From Clostridia bacterium (GTDB taxonomy: Bacteria; Bacillota; Clostridia; RGIG6154), in the NCBI GenBank assembly GCA_045589295.1, contig JAZNOU010000005.1, positions 114,398 to 178,397 on the forward strand: a stretch of 64,000 nt of DNA, read 5' to 3'. How positions within the stretch are numbered: the stretch's first letter is position 1; each line of letters begins with the position of its first letter. The notes under the pieces are model-generated. The model did no database searches. It worked only from the letters and a program-made list of their open reading frames with translations, and had not been told where the DNA came from. Below, piece by piece: positions 49,588 to 59,341 of the stretch. The translations under genes were made by a program, and so were the position numbers.

Positions 49588-50018
49588 AGTAATTCACCTT
49601 GATACTATTATCTATAGTGTCAGGTAAAATACACATGGATATAAATGGTGTCTGACAAGTTCGAAATTATCCTGTTTTTAACTCGGTGTGTGGATAGAAG
49701 TGCTACCCCGTTCCGGAACAATAAAAAAGACTTTTAAAATGTTTTCATACCCCCATCGAACAACACCAACACAGAGCCACAGAAACCGCCTTTAATACCC
49801 TTTGAAATGGTTTTAATAACTTTATACCCTTAAAATTAAAGGCTTTAAAATGGTGATTTTTGAGCCTTAAAACGATACAAAAAAAGAGCTTTCAACCGCT
49901 CCGAAAATATTAAAAGGTGCTTGACTTTCATTTGTCAAACACCTTATTTTTTTACTGCATAAATTAACCGTTTTTTGTTTTGTGTACAATATGCACAATT
50001 TTTGTGTATAACTTTGTG

Positions 50019-50079
50019 CACTTTTTTTGGTGTATTCACGAAAAAAAGTGTTGACAATACACGAAAAAGGGTGTATACT
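50019..50079 (+). promoter_or_regulatory. strong sigma-A promoter with three CAC-N8-GTG operators
   Basis: TTGACA(50051)-17-TATACT(50074); operators at 50019, 50037, 50060. Confidence 0.8.
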
Positions 50080-50150
50080 AATAAATGTCAAGAGGACAAC
50101 AAACCGATTGACGAAAACCAAATATTTATTAAGAAAGGGGCACACAAATT

Positions 50151-50432
50151 ATGTGTATGTCGACCAAAACAATTGAAACTAAAGCAAAGGAGATTAAGGA
50201 ACTTTCAAGAATGAAGGAAGAGATTGAAACCGAAATCGCAAGCCTTCAAGATGAATTAAAAGCAGAACTGACAGAACGCAGCACAGACGAACTCGTAGCA
50301 GGTGAATACAAAATCCGCTATAAAGCAGTTACTTCCAATCGTTTCGATACTGCAACTTTTAAAGTAAAATATGAAGAACTTTATAATCAGTTCGTAAAGC
50401 AAACAACATCAAGGCGTTTCACCATAGCGTAA
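50151..50432 (+). CDS. small coiled-coil protein resembling YqaJ C-terminal/Gam-like phage proteins
   Basis: EIKEL..MKEEIE.EI..LQDELK...GEYKIRYK.VTSNRFDT..FK...ELYNQF...TSRRF. Confidence 0.6.
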   Translation: MCMSTKTIETKAKEIKELSRMKEEIETEIASLQDELKAELTERSTDELVAGEYKIRYKAVTSNRFDTATFKVKYEELYNQFVKQTTSRRFTIA

Positions 50433-50513
50433 CAAATCAACGGCAGAGGGAGGGCGAAAGCCTTCCCAAAGCCACAACTAAACAAATAATAATATAAAGG
50501 ATGGTATTTAATA

Positions 50514-50903
50514 ATGAAAGCATTTAAAACAATTAAAAACATAGGAAGAATTGACCTTGCAACTTTAGAGGTAATGGATGACAGTTTGAGTGTCGCTATT
50601 GAATTATCAATGGTATCAGACACCATAAAAGAGCGAATCAACACAGCAATAAAAGAAGCTAACAAACAGTATGACGAAGAAATGCAAATTCCTTGGGGAA
50701 ATGCTAAAGCGGTCATTGATTATATGGGGCTTAATATTACATATGAAAAAGGCAAAACAGAGTACTATATTGCAATTACATTCCATTCGGCAGAAAATGA
50801 ACTGTTATGGGATAACGCAAATATAGCGGTTGACTTACAGGCTGAAGATGCAGCAGAGTTTAAAAAGTTAATTGTCAAAGCGGTAATTGACAAAATTTTT
50901 TAA
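50514..50903 (+). CDS. hypothetical protein
   Basis: 129 aa acidic ORF. Confidence 0.7.
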   Translation: MKAFKTIKNIGRIDLATLEVMDDSLSVAIELSMVSDTIKERINTAIKEANKQYDEEMQIPWGNAKAVIDYMGLNITYEKGKTEYYIAITFHSAENELLWDNANIAVDLQAEDAAEFKKLIVKAVIDKIF

Positions 50904-50964
50904 TCGGTAGTATGTGGATAAGGGGCGGTACTGTGACCGCCCCACCATAACGGAGGAATTAAAT

Positions 50965-51237
50965 ATGCTTTACATTACATATCAAAATATGCAGTATGTA
51001 ATAAACCTTAAACTACTCAAAAAGCCATTGAAGCAGTTGCTATTTAAAACGGTGCTTGTTTTATTGGTTGTTGTTCCGCTCCTGACTATGTATGTTGATT
51101 TTTGCAAATATCCTGAAAAGTATTTGACTACTTGGAAATATCAACTACGTAACGAAATCAGAAGTGCAAATCAAGAATCAATCGACTATTACAACCGGGT
51201 ATATGTAGCCAACGGAATAGACTTGTTTGAGGAATAA
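50965..51237 (+). CDS. hypothetical single-TM protein
   Basis: RBS GGAGG, one hydrophobic helix. Confidence 0.6.
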   Translation: MLYITYQNMQYVINLKLLKKPLKQLLFKTVLVLLVVVPLLTMYVDFCKYPEKYLTTWKYQLRNEIRSANQESIDYYNRVYVANGIDLFEE

Positions 51238-51336
51238 CGGAAAGGAAACAGAACGCAATGAAATTTTATAGAGAACCACCATAAGAAAATATTTATGCAG
51301 CTAACGAAAAATATAATGATTATGGAGGTCTTAAAC

Positions 51337-51957
51337 ATGCAGTACACTAGAGAGGATTATCGGAAAGAACTAGATGAGTTTATTAAACAATTAAATGCCA
51401 AAGCGGAAAAATATGGTGTTTTTAAATCTAAATACGAAGAAGAACTAGAGAAGAAAGAAAAGGCTGACCGCTTGGAAAAAACCACAGAAACATACATATC
51501 TTATATGAGTCAGCACAATAAAGCACGAGAAATGATTGAGCAGTTAAAAGCTAATGGATATAATTTAAAATTCTCTACTCAAATGAACAGCAAATACAAC
51601 AATGATACAATTATTGTAAATGTGTCAAGTGAAAATCCTGACGAGTTAACACAAGAGGAAATTTCAAATGTATGTCAGATGATAGACAAGTTCATATCAT
51701 ATCACTCCAATTACAATCAATTAAAAAAGATATATTGCAATCATTTTTTTGCTGACAATCAGTATTTAAAGAATATGTTTGAATATGTAGCTGTAAAAGA
51801 GTGTTGTAGAAATTCAAATAGGTACATAGAACTTAAAGATGTCAAAAAGTTAATGCTTATGTCTGGTTTATATATGTATCAAGCAGGGCTTCACTGTGCA
51901 GAAGGTCGTATGAAAAGAGTCTTGCGAAAATTTAAAAATCACTTTAATAGAATATAA
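51337..51957 (+). CDS. hypothetical protein
   Basis: RBS GGAGG, coiled-coil N-terminus. Confidence 0.65.
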   Translation: MQYTREDYRKELDEFIKQLNAKAEKYGVFKSKYEEELEKKEKADRLEKTTETYISYMSQHNKAREMIEQLKANGYNLKFSTQMNSKYNNDTIIVNVSSENPDELTQEEISNVCQMIDKFISYHSNYNQLKKIYCNHFFADNQYLKNMFEYVAVKECCRNSNRYIELKDVKKLMLMSGLYMYQAGLHCAEGRMKRVLRKFKNHFNRI

Positions 51958-52066
51958 AGTTCAAAACTTTAAAGTTTTGATACTGAAATACAAACAACGA
52001 ATTCATGCGTGTTTTAATGGTGTCAAAACCAAGTGTCAGAAGTAACAGCGGAAAAGAGGTGTTTTT

Positions 52067-52639
52067 ATGGTTTATGGATATTGTAGAGTAAGTACAAAAG
52101 GACAGTTAGATGGAAACAGTATTGAGGAACAAACACAAACAATTAAATGTAGATATAGGGATGTGGAAATAATTATAGAATCGTATTCAGGAGCAAAAGA
52201 CAGACCTATATTTAATAGTCTGTTGGAAAAACTAAAATCAGATGATATTTTAGTGGTTACAAAGCTTGACCGCTTCTGTAGAACTACAAAAGAGGGATTG
52301 ACATATATTGACAATCTTATGAATAAAGGTGTACGGATTCATATTTTAAATATGGGGTTGATTGAAGATACACCTATGGGAAGACTTATAATTACAAATC
52401 TGTTAGCCTTTGCTGAGTTTGAAAGAGCAATGATAATAGAGAGAACGCAAGGCGGTAAAGCTATTGCAAAAAATAATCCTGATTTTAGAGAAGGTAGACC
52501 AAACAAGTTCGGGAAAGAACAGATAAACCTTGCCATGCGTTTATTGGAAAACCACACATATAAGGAAGTTGAGAGTATGACCGGAATAAGTAAAAGTACT
52601 TTAATCAGAGCAAAAAGAAAAATGGATATCCTTAACTGA
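52067..52639 (+). CDS. small serine resolvase/invertase with C-terminal HTH
   Basis: [42 protein letters not shown]; upstream IR TCAAAAC-N6-GTTTTGA (51961-51980). Confidence 0.93.
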   Translation: MVYGYCRVSTKGQLDGNSIEEQTQTIKCRYRDVEIIIESYSGAKDRPIFNSLLEKLKSDDILVVTKLDRFCRTTKEGLTYIDNLMNKGVRIHILNMGLIEDTPMGRLIITNLLAFAEFERAMIIERTQGGKAIAKNNPDFREGRPNKFGKEQINLAMRLLENHTYKEVESMTGISKSTLIRAKRKMDILN

Positions 52640-52742
52640 CAATTTTTCAAGAATTATTGACGTTTCACGAATTTGAGTGTATAATAGTTTTGGATAGGTT
52701 GTGTTAATATACAATGTTTTCCAATACAAAACAGAGGTTGAT

Positions 52743-53060
52743 ATGATGGTTAATTATAATAAATTATGGGAAAAATTTAAAGAAAAAGGCATTACAACTT
52801 ATACAATACGAAAAAAAGCATTGATACCTCAAAGTACACTTACAAAATTAAAGATGTGCAGCGGTGCGACAATGGAAGAAATAGAACAAAAACTACAAAA
52901 ATATAAAAAAACTCACGACGGAAAAGATTTTATGTGTGATGTTTCTACAAAGACAATAGAGGACATTTGTCAACTTCTACAATGTCAGCCACAAGACTTG
53001 ATTGAATGGAAAGTTGACTTAAATCCTGAACTGTCATATGATAACAGATTTAAGGGGTGA
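52743..53060 (+). CDS. Cro/C1-type (HTH_26) repressor with internal insertion
   Basis: VNYNKLW...GITTY.IRK..IPQSTLTKLK...VSTKTIEDICQLLQCQPQDLIE; promoter TTGACG-17-TATAAT at 52657-52685. Confidence 0.85.
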   Translation: MMVNYNKLWEKFKEKGITTYTIRKKALIPQSTLTKLKMCSGATMEEIEQKLQKYKKTHDGKDFMCDVSTKTIEDICQLLQCQPQDLIEWKVDLNPELSYDNRFKG

Positions 53061-53066
53061 TTAACA

Positions 53067-53345
53067 ATGTACGATACAGCGATAGAAATGGCAAAAAGGC
53101 TTTTAATGGATTCCATATGGAAGTCCGCTAACCTTGAGGGGCTTGGAACTACATTCCCCAAAACCGAAGCTATTCTTGCCAATGCTCCAACGGAAACGAA
53201 GTCAGAAGAAGTATTATTCGTTATCAATATGAAAAGAGCTTGGCAATTCCTATTAGATAATTTAGATAGTCCTAACAATATAAAGAGTCATGTATTAAAA
53301 GGGTGTGGAAAGAATGAGTGCAGAAATTTTAGGCATCAGTCCTAA
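53067..53345 (+). pseudogene. truncated Fic-family protein (N-terminus only)
   Basis: DSIWKSANLEG..TTFPKTEAIL...VINMKRAWQFL typical Fic N-terminus; no HxFxDGNGR motif before stop. Confidence 0.7.
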
Positions 53346-53761
53346 ATTCACTTCGGTTAGTCCGCTCCAGCAAACGCTTGGAACGCGCTAATATAAATAT
53401 TTGGTTTGGGGAAACCGCTGACGATTCTCGACTTTTGGGGGTTTCGGCGGTTTCCTTTTTTGTTTAATGACCCTTTATAGTAAGCTAAATATAGTTATTC
53501 GTGATGTAGTTCGTTGAAACTTGCTTAGGTCTCAATAAATGATAGTGATATGGGTGCTGATTTCGCAAAATGTTATGTTTTAATCTGTAAACCCTTAAAA
53601 ATGGCGTAGTTATGGGATCTACTAAGAATTTAATAAGTGAAATCATTTTATGTTCGATGATGTTTTAAAAATAAGGTATGTGTGGATAATTATGTTATTT
53701 AACACCAACTATCATTGTGGTATAAAAATATAAAAAACCAGCAATACAAGGTGGTGCAAAT

Positions 53762-54364
53762 ATGAAATCAAATATGGAGCAAATAGTTATTCAAGGGTTA
53801 GAACTTGAAACTATTGAAAAAGTCAAATCAGCCGAAAGAAAGGCATTAACAAGAAAGAACGGATTAAAGCAAGAAGATGCAAAACACATTGACGGCACAA
53901 CCGGACAAACAAGGGATATAGTAGCAGCAAAATTAAATATGAGCGGAAAGCATTGGGATAGAGTGAAATATATCTATAACCATAAAAACGAATGTAGTCA
54001 ACAGGAATATGAAGATTGGGATAAAGGAATTATTTCAACATCAAAACTATACTCAAAATTAAAAAATAATGTTGCGATCTTAAAAGAAATTGATACTTTA
54101 ATTGATATGCTTACTGTATTTGAGTCAAATCTTCTTAGATATATGGAAAATCTTGAGTTCCAAATAAAGGATAAATTACCAATACACTCACATTTAACAG
54201 AGCAAATTTATCCACTATTAGACGAATTCAAAAGGCAGTTCCCAATGATAGATCATAGCGATTATGCTTTATTATCTCGATATACAAAGGTAATGCGTCT
54301 TAACCATTTGGATGATATACTACGTCAAATAAACAGAATAAAGGAAGAACTAACTAAAAACTGA
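53762..54364 (+). CDS. ParB/Spo0J-like HTH protein lacking the nuclease domain
   Basis: AERKA...GQTRDIVAAKLNMSGKHWDRVKYI...WDKGIISTSKLY. Confidence 0.6.
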   Translation: MKSNMEQIVIQGLELETIEKVKSAERKALTRKNGLKQEDAKHIDGTTGQTRDIVAAKLNMSGKHWDRVKYIYNHKNECSQQEYEDWDKGIISTSKLYSKLKNNVAILKEIDTLIDMLTVFESNLLRYMENLEFQIKDKLPIHSHLTEQIYPLLDEFKRQFPMIDHSDYALLSRYTKVMRLNHLDDILRQINRIKEELTKN

Positions 54365-54578
54365 ACATAATCACCAGATTTTATAAAAAGTTTTGTTGAA
54401 TTTCGACAAACTTTTTATTTTTTTATCTCTTTTTTGACAAGGAACTGTTAAGCGTTCAAAATTTTAGAGAATAATCAGATGAAAATATAAATTCTCATTC
54501 AATTTTGCTTTACATAAAAAGAGAATATATACAATAAGAACATCAAAAGAAGTATAAATTAAAACTGGAGGAAAAGCA

Positions 54579-54818
54579 ATGTGTAAAATCAAGCTGAACA
54601 TATTAAAAATAACAGCCGAAGACTATAAACGAATACAGAGTTACAAGAATACATTTAGAAACCCAGATAAAGCGGTTTTGTGTATGTGTGACAAATGTGG
54701 TGGAGCTGGATATGTTATTAGCAAAGCTGATATTGACAAAGACGGCTATGTGTCAAACGGTGCATTTTGTTTGTGTGGTGGACGAAATTGCAAAGTAGAT
54801 AAAGTTGAAATAATTTGA
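54579..54818 (+). CDS. small Zn-finger protein
   Basis: CDKCGG...CLCGG; RBS GGAGG. Confidence 0.65.
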   Translation: MCKIKLNILKITAEDYKRIQSYKNTFRNPDKAVLCMCDKCGGAGYVISKADIDKDGYVSNGAFCLCGGRNCKVDKVEII

Positions 54819-54906
54819 AAAAATTATTATCAGACGGAGAATAATTATAGTAGGGAGTATTTTTATCCCCTACTATTACCCATACATACAAGGAGGATTT
54901 ATTATA

Positions 54907-56142
54907 ATGCAAGATTTAAACAAAACAATAACAGTAATAGATAGCATAATGGGTTCAGGAAAGACGGAATGGAGCATACATCATATAAACGATAATTGTC
55001 TTGATAACTTTCTGTACATAACACCGTTTTTGACGGAAGTAGAAAGAATTCTAAAAAAGACCACCAGAAACTTTAAGCAACCCATAAACAAAGGTGATGG
55101 AAAATTAAGCTCAATCAATGAGTTGTTGGCTTGTCAGTATGACATAGCCTCTACACATGAATTATTCAAGCATTTAGATGAAGAGAGTCGGGCAAATATT
55201 AAAGCTGGACATTATACCCTTATATTAGATGAAGTGCTGAATGTCATAGTACCATATGACGATGTTAAAAAAGACGATATGCGACTTCTGCAAGATAGCG
55301 GAGTTGTTACCATAGACGATGAAGGATATATTATATGGAACGAAGACAAACTTGACTATGACACCAAATACAATGAAATAAAGCTATTAGCCGATAATAA
55401 AAGTCTTTTATACGTAAATCAAAAATTATTGTTATGGAAGTATCCACCTGAAATATTTTCATTGTTTGATAAAGTGTATATACTCACCTACTTATTTGAA
55501 GCAAGCATATTAAAAAATTATTTTGACCTATACAACATAAAATATGAGCTAAAAAGCATCAAGAAAACTGACGATGAATACAACATTGTTGATTACTTTG
55601 TACCCGATACATCAATGTACATAAATAAAATCAACATCTTGCAAGGTAAGCTTAACGAGAATATATATCAAAAACAAAATGGACTATCTGTGACTTGGTT
55701 TAACTCAAAAATCAACAAAGAGAAGATTGCACAGTTAGGAAGAAATGTGAAGAACTATTTCGGAAACATACTACAGGCAAAGTCAGAAACAATAATGTGG
55801 ACAACCTTTAAGGATTACAAGCCCAAGTTGAAAGGTAAAGGATATACTAATCAATTTGTAAGTTGTAATTGCCGCTCCACCAACGATTATATTGACTGCT
55901 ATAATTTAGCATACTGCGTAAACATCTATCTACATCCGGCAGTAACACAATTCTTTAGGCAGAGAAACATTCAACTAGATGAAGATTTATATGCGCTATC
56001 AGAGATGATTCAATGGATATGGAGAAGCAGAATCCGTAAGGGTGAAAACATTAACATCTATATCCCGTCCGCAAGAATGAGAAATCTTCTCAATGCATGG
56101 TTAAAAATGAGCTTTTTATATCAAACTCAATTAGTATCTTAG
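54907..56142 (+). CDS. SF2 (DExH-like) helicase / origin-binding-like replication protein
   Basis: Walker A DSIMGSGKT, YITPFLTEV, STHELF, ILDEV, QWIWRSRIRKG. Confidence 0.8.
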   Translation: MQDLNKTITVIDSIMGSGKTEWSIHHINDNCLDNFLYITPFLTEVERILKKTTRNFKQPINKGDGKLSSINELLACQYDIASTHELFKHLDEESRANIKAGHYTLILDEVLNVIVPYDDVKKDDMRLLQDSGVVTIDDEGYIIWNEDKLDYDTKYNEIKLLADNKSLLYVNQKLLLWKYPPEIFSLFDKVYILTYLFEASILKNYFDLYNIKYELKSIKKTDDEYNIVDYFVPDTSMYINKINILQGKLNENIYQKQNGLSVTWFNSKINKEKIAQLGRNVKNYFGNILQAKSETIMWTTFKDYKPKLKGKGYTNQFVSCNCRSTNDYIDCYNLAYCVNIYLHPAVTQFFRQRNIQLDEDLYALSEMIQWIWRSRIRKGENINIYIPSARMRNLLNAWLKMSFLYQTQLVS

Positions 56143-56384
56143 GACTTTGCCCGTCCTAAAATTTTTCAAAAACACAGTAACAATGCGATCTTGAAGGGTA
56201 CAAGTGTTAAAGAGAAATTGGTATAAAAATACAAATAAAATTTGGCTTTTTATCTCACTTCAAATTAGCACTCGTTACGGGTTGAGTAGCAACACTTTAG
56301 CCTACGGCGTTAAGCGTATTGTATTTGCGCCGTTGTCGCAAATCCAACACTTTATGTTGTCTTGTGCAGTGGCACAATCCAACA

Positions 56385-57356
56385 TTATTTCTTTTTAATA
56401 AATCCTTTGGATTCTAACATAGCATAAAAAGATGAGCCGAGCTTTGTAGTATGTATTCTCTGAGCAGTAGTGCCAGATAATTTGACACTTTCAAGAAGAT
56501 CAAAACTCACGTAGTAAGGTGCCACATGATAATAAATGTATATTTCGTTATCACTGCTACTATTTTGATTAGTTATACCAGTAACAAAAGTATCAAACAG
56601 TATAATAAACATACTGAGAGCATTGACAGATTTATCTTTATCAGTATTTAAAATTTTAGACGGAAGTTTAAATTCCTTTTTTTTAAACAAGGTGATAAGT
56701 TCATTAAATGAGTAGTTGCCAAATTGTTCTTTATGTTTTGCATTTAATTGTTCTTGAAGTTTATGAATTTGTTTGTTAAGCGAATTATTTTCTTTAAGCA
56801 ATAAGCTATTGTCTTTTAGCAACTGAATTGTGTCATTTTCATTATTATTACGAACCCAACCAACTAAATCATAGCTGTTTATAAATTCGTTAAGTGTCGA
56901 ATGAATTGTAATTTTTATATCTTTGCAATCATCAACTTCTCTGATGATTTTTGACATAACTAACGATTTGAACTCTTGGTATTTATCTAGAGAAACTTGT
57001 TCAGTTACATTTTTTAGCCCAAAGGAGTTTATTTTTTGAGTTAAGAAAGAATCACTTAATACAACCGCAAAAACAGGAATATCTTTAGACACTGCATACT
57101 CATATTCAAGTTGTGTATAACTTTTGCCGGATTTAGTTTCAATAGAACCATAGCGTGCTCCAAGAATAAGCATATATACATCAGATTCATCAATCCATTT
57201 GTATATTGTCTTTAGTTGTGAGTCGTTACCAGCCTTAAATAATTCCATACCAGCAGGTATATGTCCTGCATCAAGGATAGCTTCAACTGCAGCTTGGCGT
57301 TCTTCAATAAGGTCTGTATATGTGGATGAAACAAAAACTTGCAATTTTTTATTCAT
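56385..57356 (-). CDS. DUF4062 (TIR/NDT-like) domain protein
   Basis: QVFVSSTYTDLIEERQAA...AGMELF...IDESDVYMLILGARYGS...SYTQLEYEYA. Confidence 0.9.
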   Translation of the reverse strand: MNKKLQVFVSSTYTDLIEERQAAVEAILDAGHIPAGMELFKAGNDSQLKTIYKWIDESDVYMLILGARYGSIETKSGKSYTQLEYEYAVSKDIPVFAVVLSDSFLTQKINSFGLKNVTEQVSLDKYQEFKSLVMSKIIREVDDCKDIKITIHSTLNEFINSYDLVGWVRNNNENDTIQLLKDNSLLLKENNSLNKQIHKLQEQLNAKHKEQFGNYSFNELITLFKKKEFKLPSKILNTDKDKSVNALSMFIILFDTFVTGITNQNSSSDNEIYIYYHVAPYYVSFDLLESVKLSGTTAQRIHTTKLGSSFYAMLESKGFIKKK

Positions 57357-57486
57357 AGTGTAAATCCTTTCAAATCAAAAACATCTGTATATATTTATTA
57401 TATCATAAAAAAGTGCTTTTGTAAATTAGAAGCATTATAAATAAAACACCCAATAAAACTATAATTCTAAAGAAAGAGTGATATGT

Positions 57487-57837
57487 ATGAAAACTATAAA
57501 CAGAAACGAAATCATTGAAAGCGTGGTAAGAATGGCGTGTGACTCAAAAAGGATTGACTGGTGGATAGTAAAAGATGTTTTAGATAGTTTGGATTTTGTA
57601 ATTTACCAATATTTGAACGATTCCCTTGCCCGTGAACCATATGAGGATATTAGAATAAAATTAGTAGATGGTATATACATTGACAGAAAATATGTTGCCG
57701 AACACATCCCACATAAAGGTATATTTAAAGGAAAAACCATACTCGAGCATTATAACATCAAAGCACATGTATCAGAATATTACAGCAAAAAAGTAAATGA
57801 CAAGGCTGCAAAAAACACGTTTAAAACAAAAAATTAA
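57487..57837 (+). CDS. third HU-like DNA-binding protein
   Basis: TINRNEIIE...VKDVLDSLDFVI...IKLVDGIYIDRKYV...IKAHVSEYY. Confidence 0.6.
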   Translation: MKTINRNEIIESVVRMACDSKRIDWWIVKDVLDSLDFVIYQYLNDSLAREPYEDIRIKLVDGIYIDRKYVAEHIPHKGIFKGKTILEHYNIKAHVSEYYSKKVNDKAAKNTFKTKN

Positions 57838-58449
57838 CCATATAATTGGCGAATCCTTGATTTTGTGCACATACGCGACTGTTCTCAAGAACGAGAAAAT
57901 ACAAGACTGTTTTAAAATCGTAGCTTTTGGCTTAGCAAAGCCATCTATGAGTATTTTAAGCTTCGTATATATACAGTATAGGATAAAGAAACAAACAACA
58001 GACAATATGTGGAAAAATAGAAAATACAATCAAAAAAGAAATTACCACCGAGCTAAAATTTTAGTTTTGCACTACATAAAGCCATTTATGAACATTTAGA
58101 CTTCGTATATATACAGTATTGGATAGTTAATAATACCTTCTATGCTTACGTAAGTCTTGTAGACTTACCAAATCACGCCTGTTTTACGAGTGATAAATTG
58201 TTGAATATCCCCTAAATTACGAGAAAAGTTTTGTCGCTATATGGAGATAACATCTGAGTCTATAAAATTACAAAAAAACAGGTAAATTCGGCGAAAGTTG
58301 TTTAATTTGAACCGAGACATTCGGTACAAATTTATTCTCTATAGGTAGAGAGTGGGCACAAAAAGATTTTTTATTTTTTTTATTCAAAAAAATGAAGTTA
58401 TCAAATGATAACAATTTAAATTCACAAAAAAATTAAAGGAGGGTTTTGC

Positions 58450-58659
58450 ATGGAACTGCAAGAAAAGGTAAAAGAATATTTGGACGTAAACGGAGTTAAA
58501 AAAAATAAACTTGCCACATTGTTGGGAATATATCCAACGCAACTATATAAATGGCTACTGGGAGAATATGAATTGTCAGATAATCAAAATAGCATTATCA
58601 AAAAATTTATAGATGGTGGATACAATATTCCCGTGCCACTGAACAAAGATATACACTAA
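58450..58659 (+). CDS. Cro-like HTH protein
   Basis: GVKKNKLATLLGIYPTQLYKWL.GE; RBS AAGGAGG. Confidence 0.8.
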   Translation: MELQEKVKEYLDVNGVKKNKLATLLGIYPTQLYKWLLGEYELSDNQNSIIKKFIDGGYNIPVPLNKDIH

Positions 58660-58692
58660 AATAAAAAATTATTAAAATGGAGGAAATACAAT

Positions 58693-59016
58693 ATGAAAAA
58701 TGTAGAGCTTATGGGTGTTCTCAAAGTTGTTGAAGACGATGGAACAATTACTATTATTGAAGAAGGCGATTATGTAATTTGCCTCATCGGCGACAATGAA
58801 TACTACATCGGCACAGTTTTTGCAATAGGGCATTGGAATGATAACGAAAATGAAACAAAAAAAGATGCCATAGGTGTATTAGGTAAATTTGGTAAAACTG
58901 TTTTGTCGTATAATATTGTTTTGTTGTCTGATATTAAGTGGATACATAAGATGAGTGATGAGGATAAAAAAGAATTTGAAGGGGTATTTAAAAACAAGAT
59001 CAAGTTATATGATTAG
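58693..59016 (+). CDS. hypothetical protein
   Basis: 107 aa, RBS GGAGG. Confidence 0.7.
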   Translation: MKNVELMGVLKVVEDDGTITIIEEGDYVICLIGDNEYYIGTVFAIGHWNDNENETKKDAIGVLGKFGKTVLSYNIVLLSDIKWIHKMSDEDKKEFEGVFKNKIKLYD

Positions 59017-59083
59017 GGTATTGTTATATAGCAATACCCTGCTCAAATTTAAGTGAAACAATTATTTTTTACATGAAGGGAAG

Positions 59084-59269
59084 ATGATTTTTATTTTAGA
59101 AGAGTATAACGATGTTTTGAATATTAATGATCTCATGGAGATTTTACATATAGGACGTAATACAGCGTATTTATTTCTACAGAGCGGGGAAATACCTAAT
59201 AAAAAAATTAGGAACAAATACATAATCCCCAAGATAGGTTTAGAAAACTATTTAAAAAATATTGCTTGA
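59084..59269 (+). CDS. excisionase-like HTH_17 protein
   Basis: DVLNINDLMEILHIGRNTAY..LQSGEIP.KKIR.KY.IPK, directly upstream of integrase. Confidence 0.85.
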   Translation: MIFILEEYNDVLNINDLMEILHIGRNTAYLFLQSGEIPNKKIRNKYIIPKIGLENYLKNIA

Positions 59270-59341
59270 TATGTATACTACTTGATGATAAAATGTAGTT
59301 ATATAGCATAATCATCGAGTAACTGAAAGTGAGGTTACTAA

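Noticed and set aside
26357-51306. Shared 13-mer TATGCAGCTAACG in both elements, possible attC-like site
   Set aside because: A match of this length is expected by chance in 64 kb of AT-rich DNA; no attC-type inverted repeats.
57772-58099. ORFs 57797-58099 (+) and 57772-58029 (-)
   Set aside because: No RBS, and they overlap the HU-like gene and the repeat region; probably non-coding.
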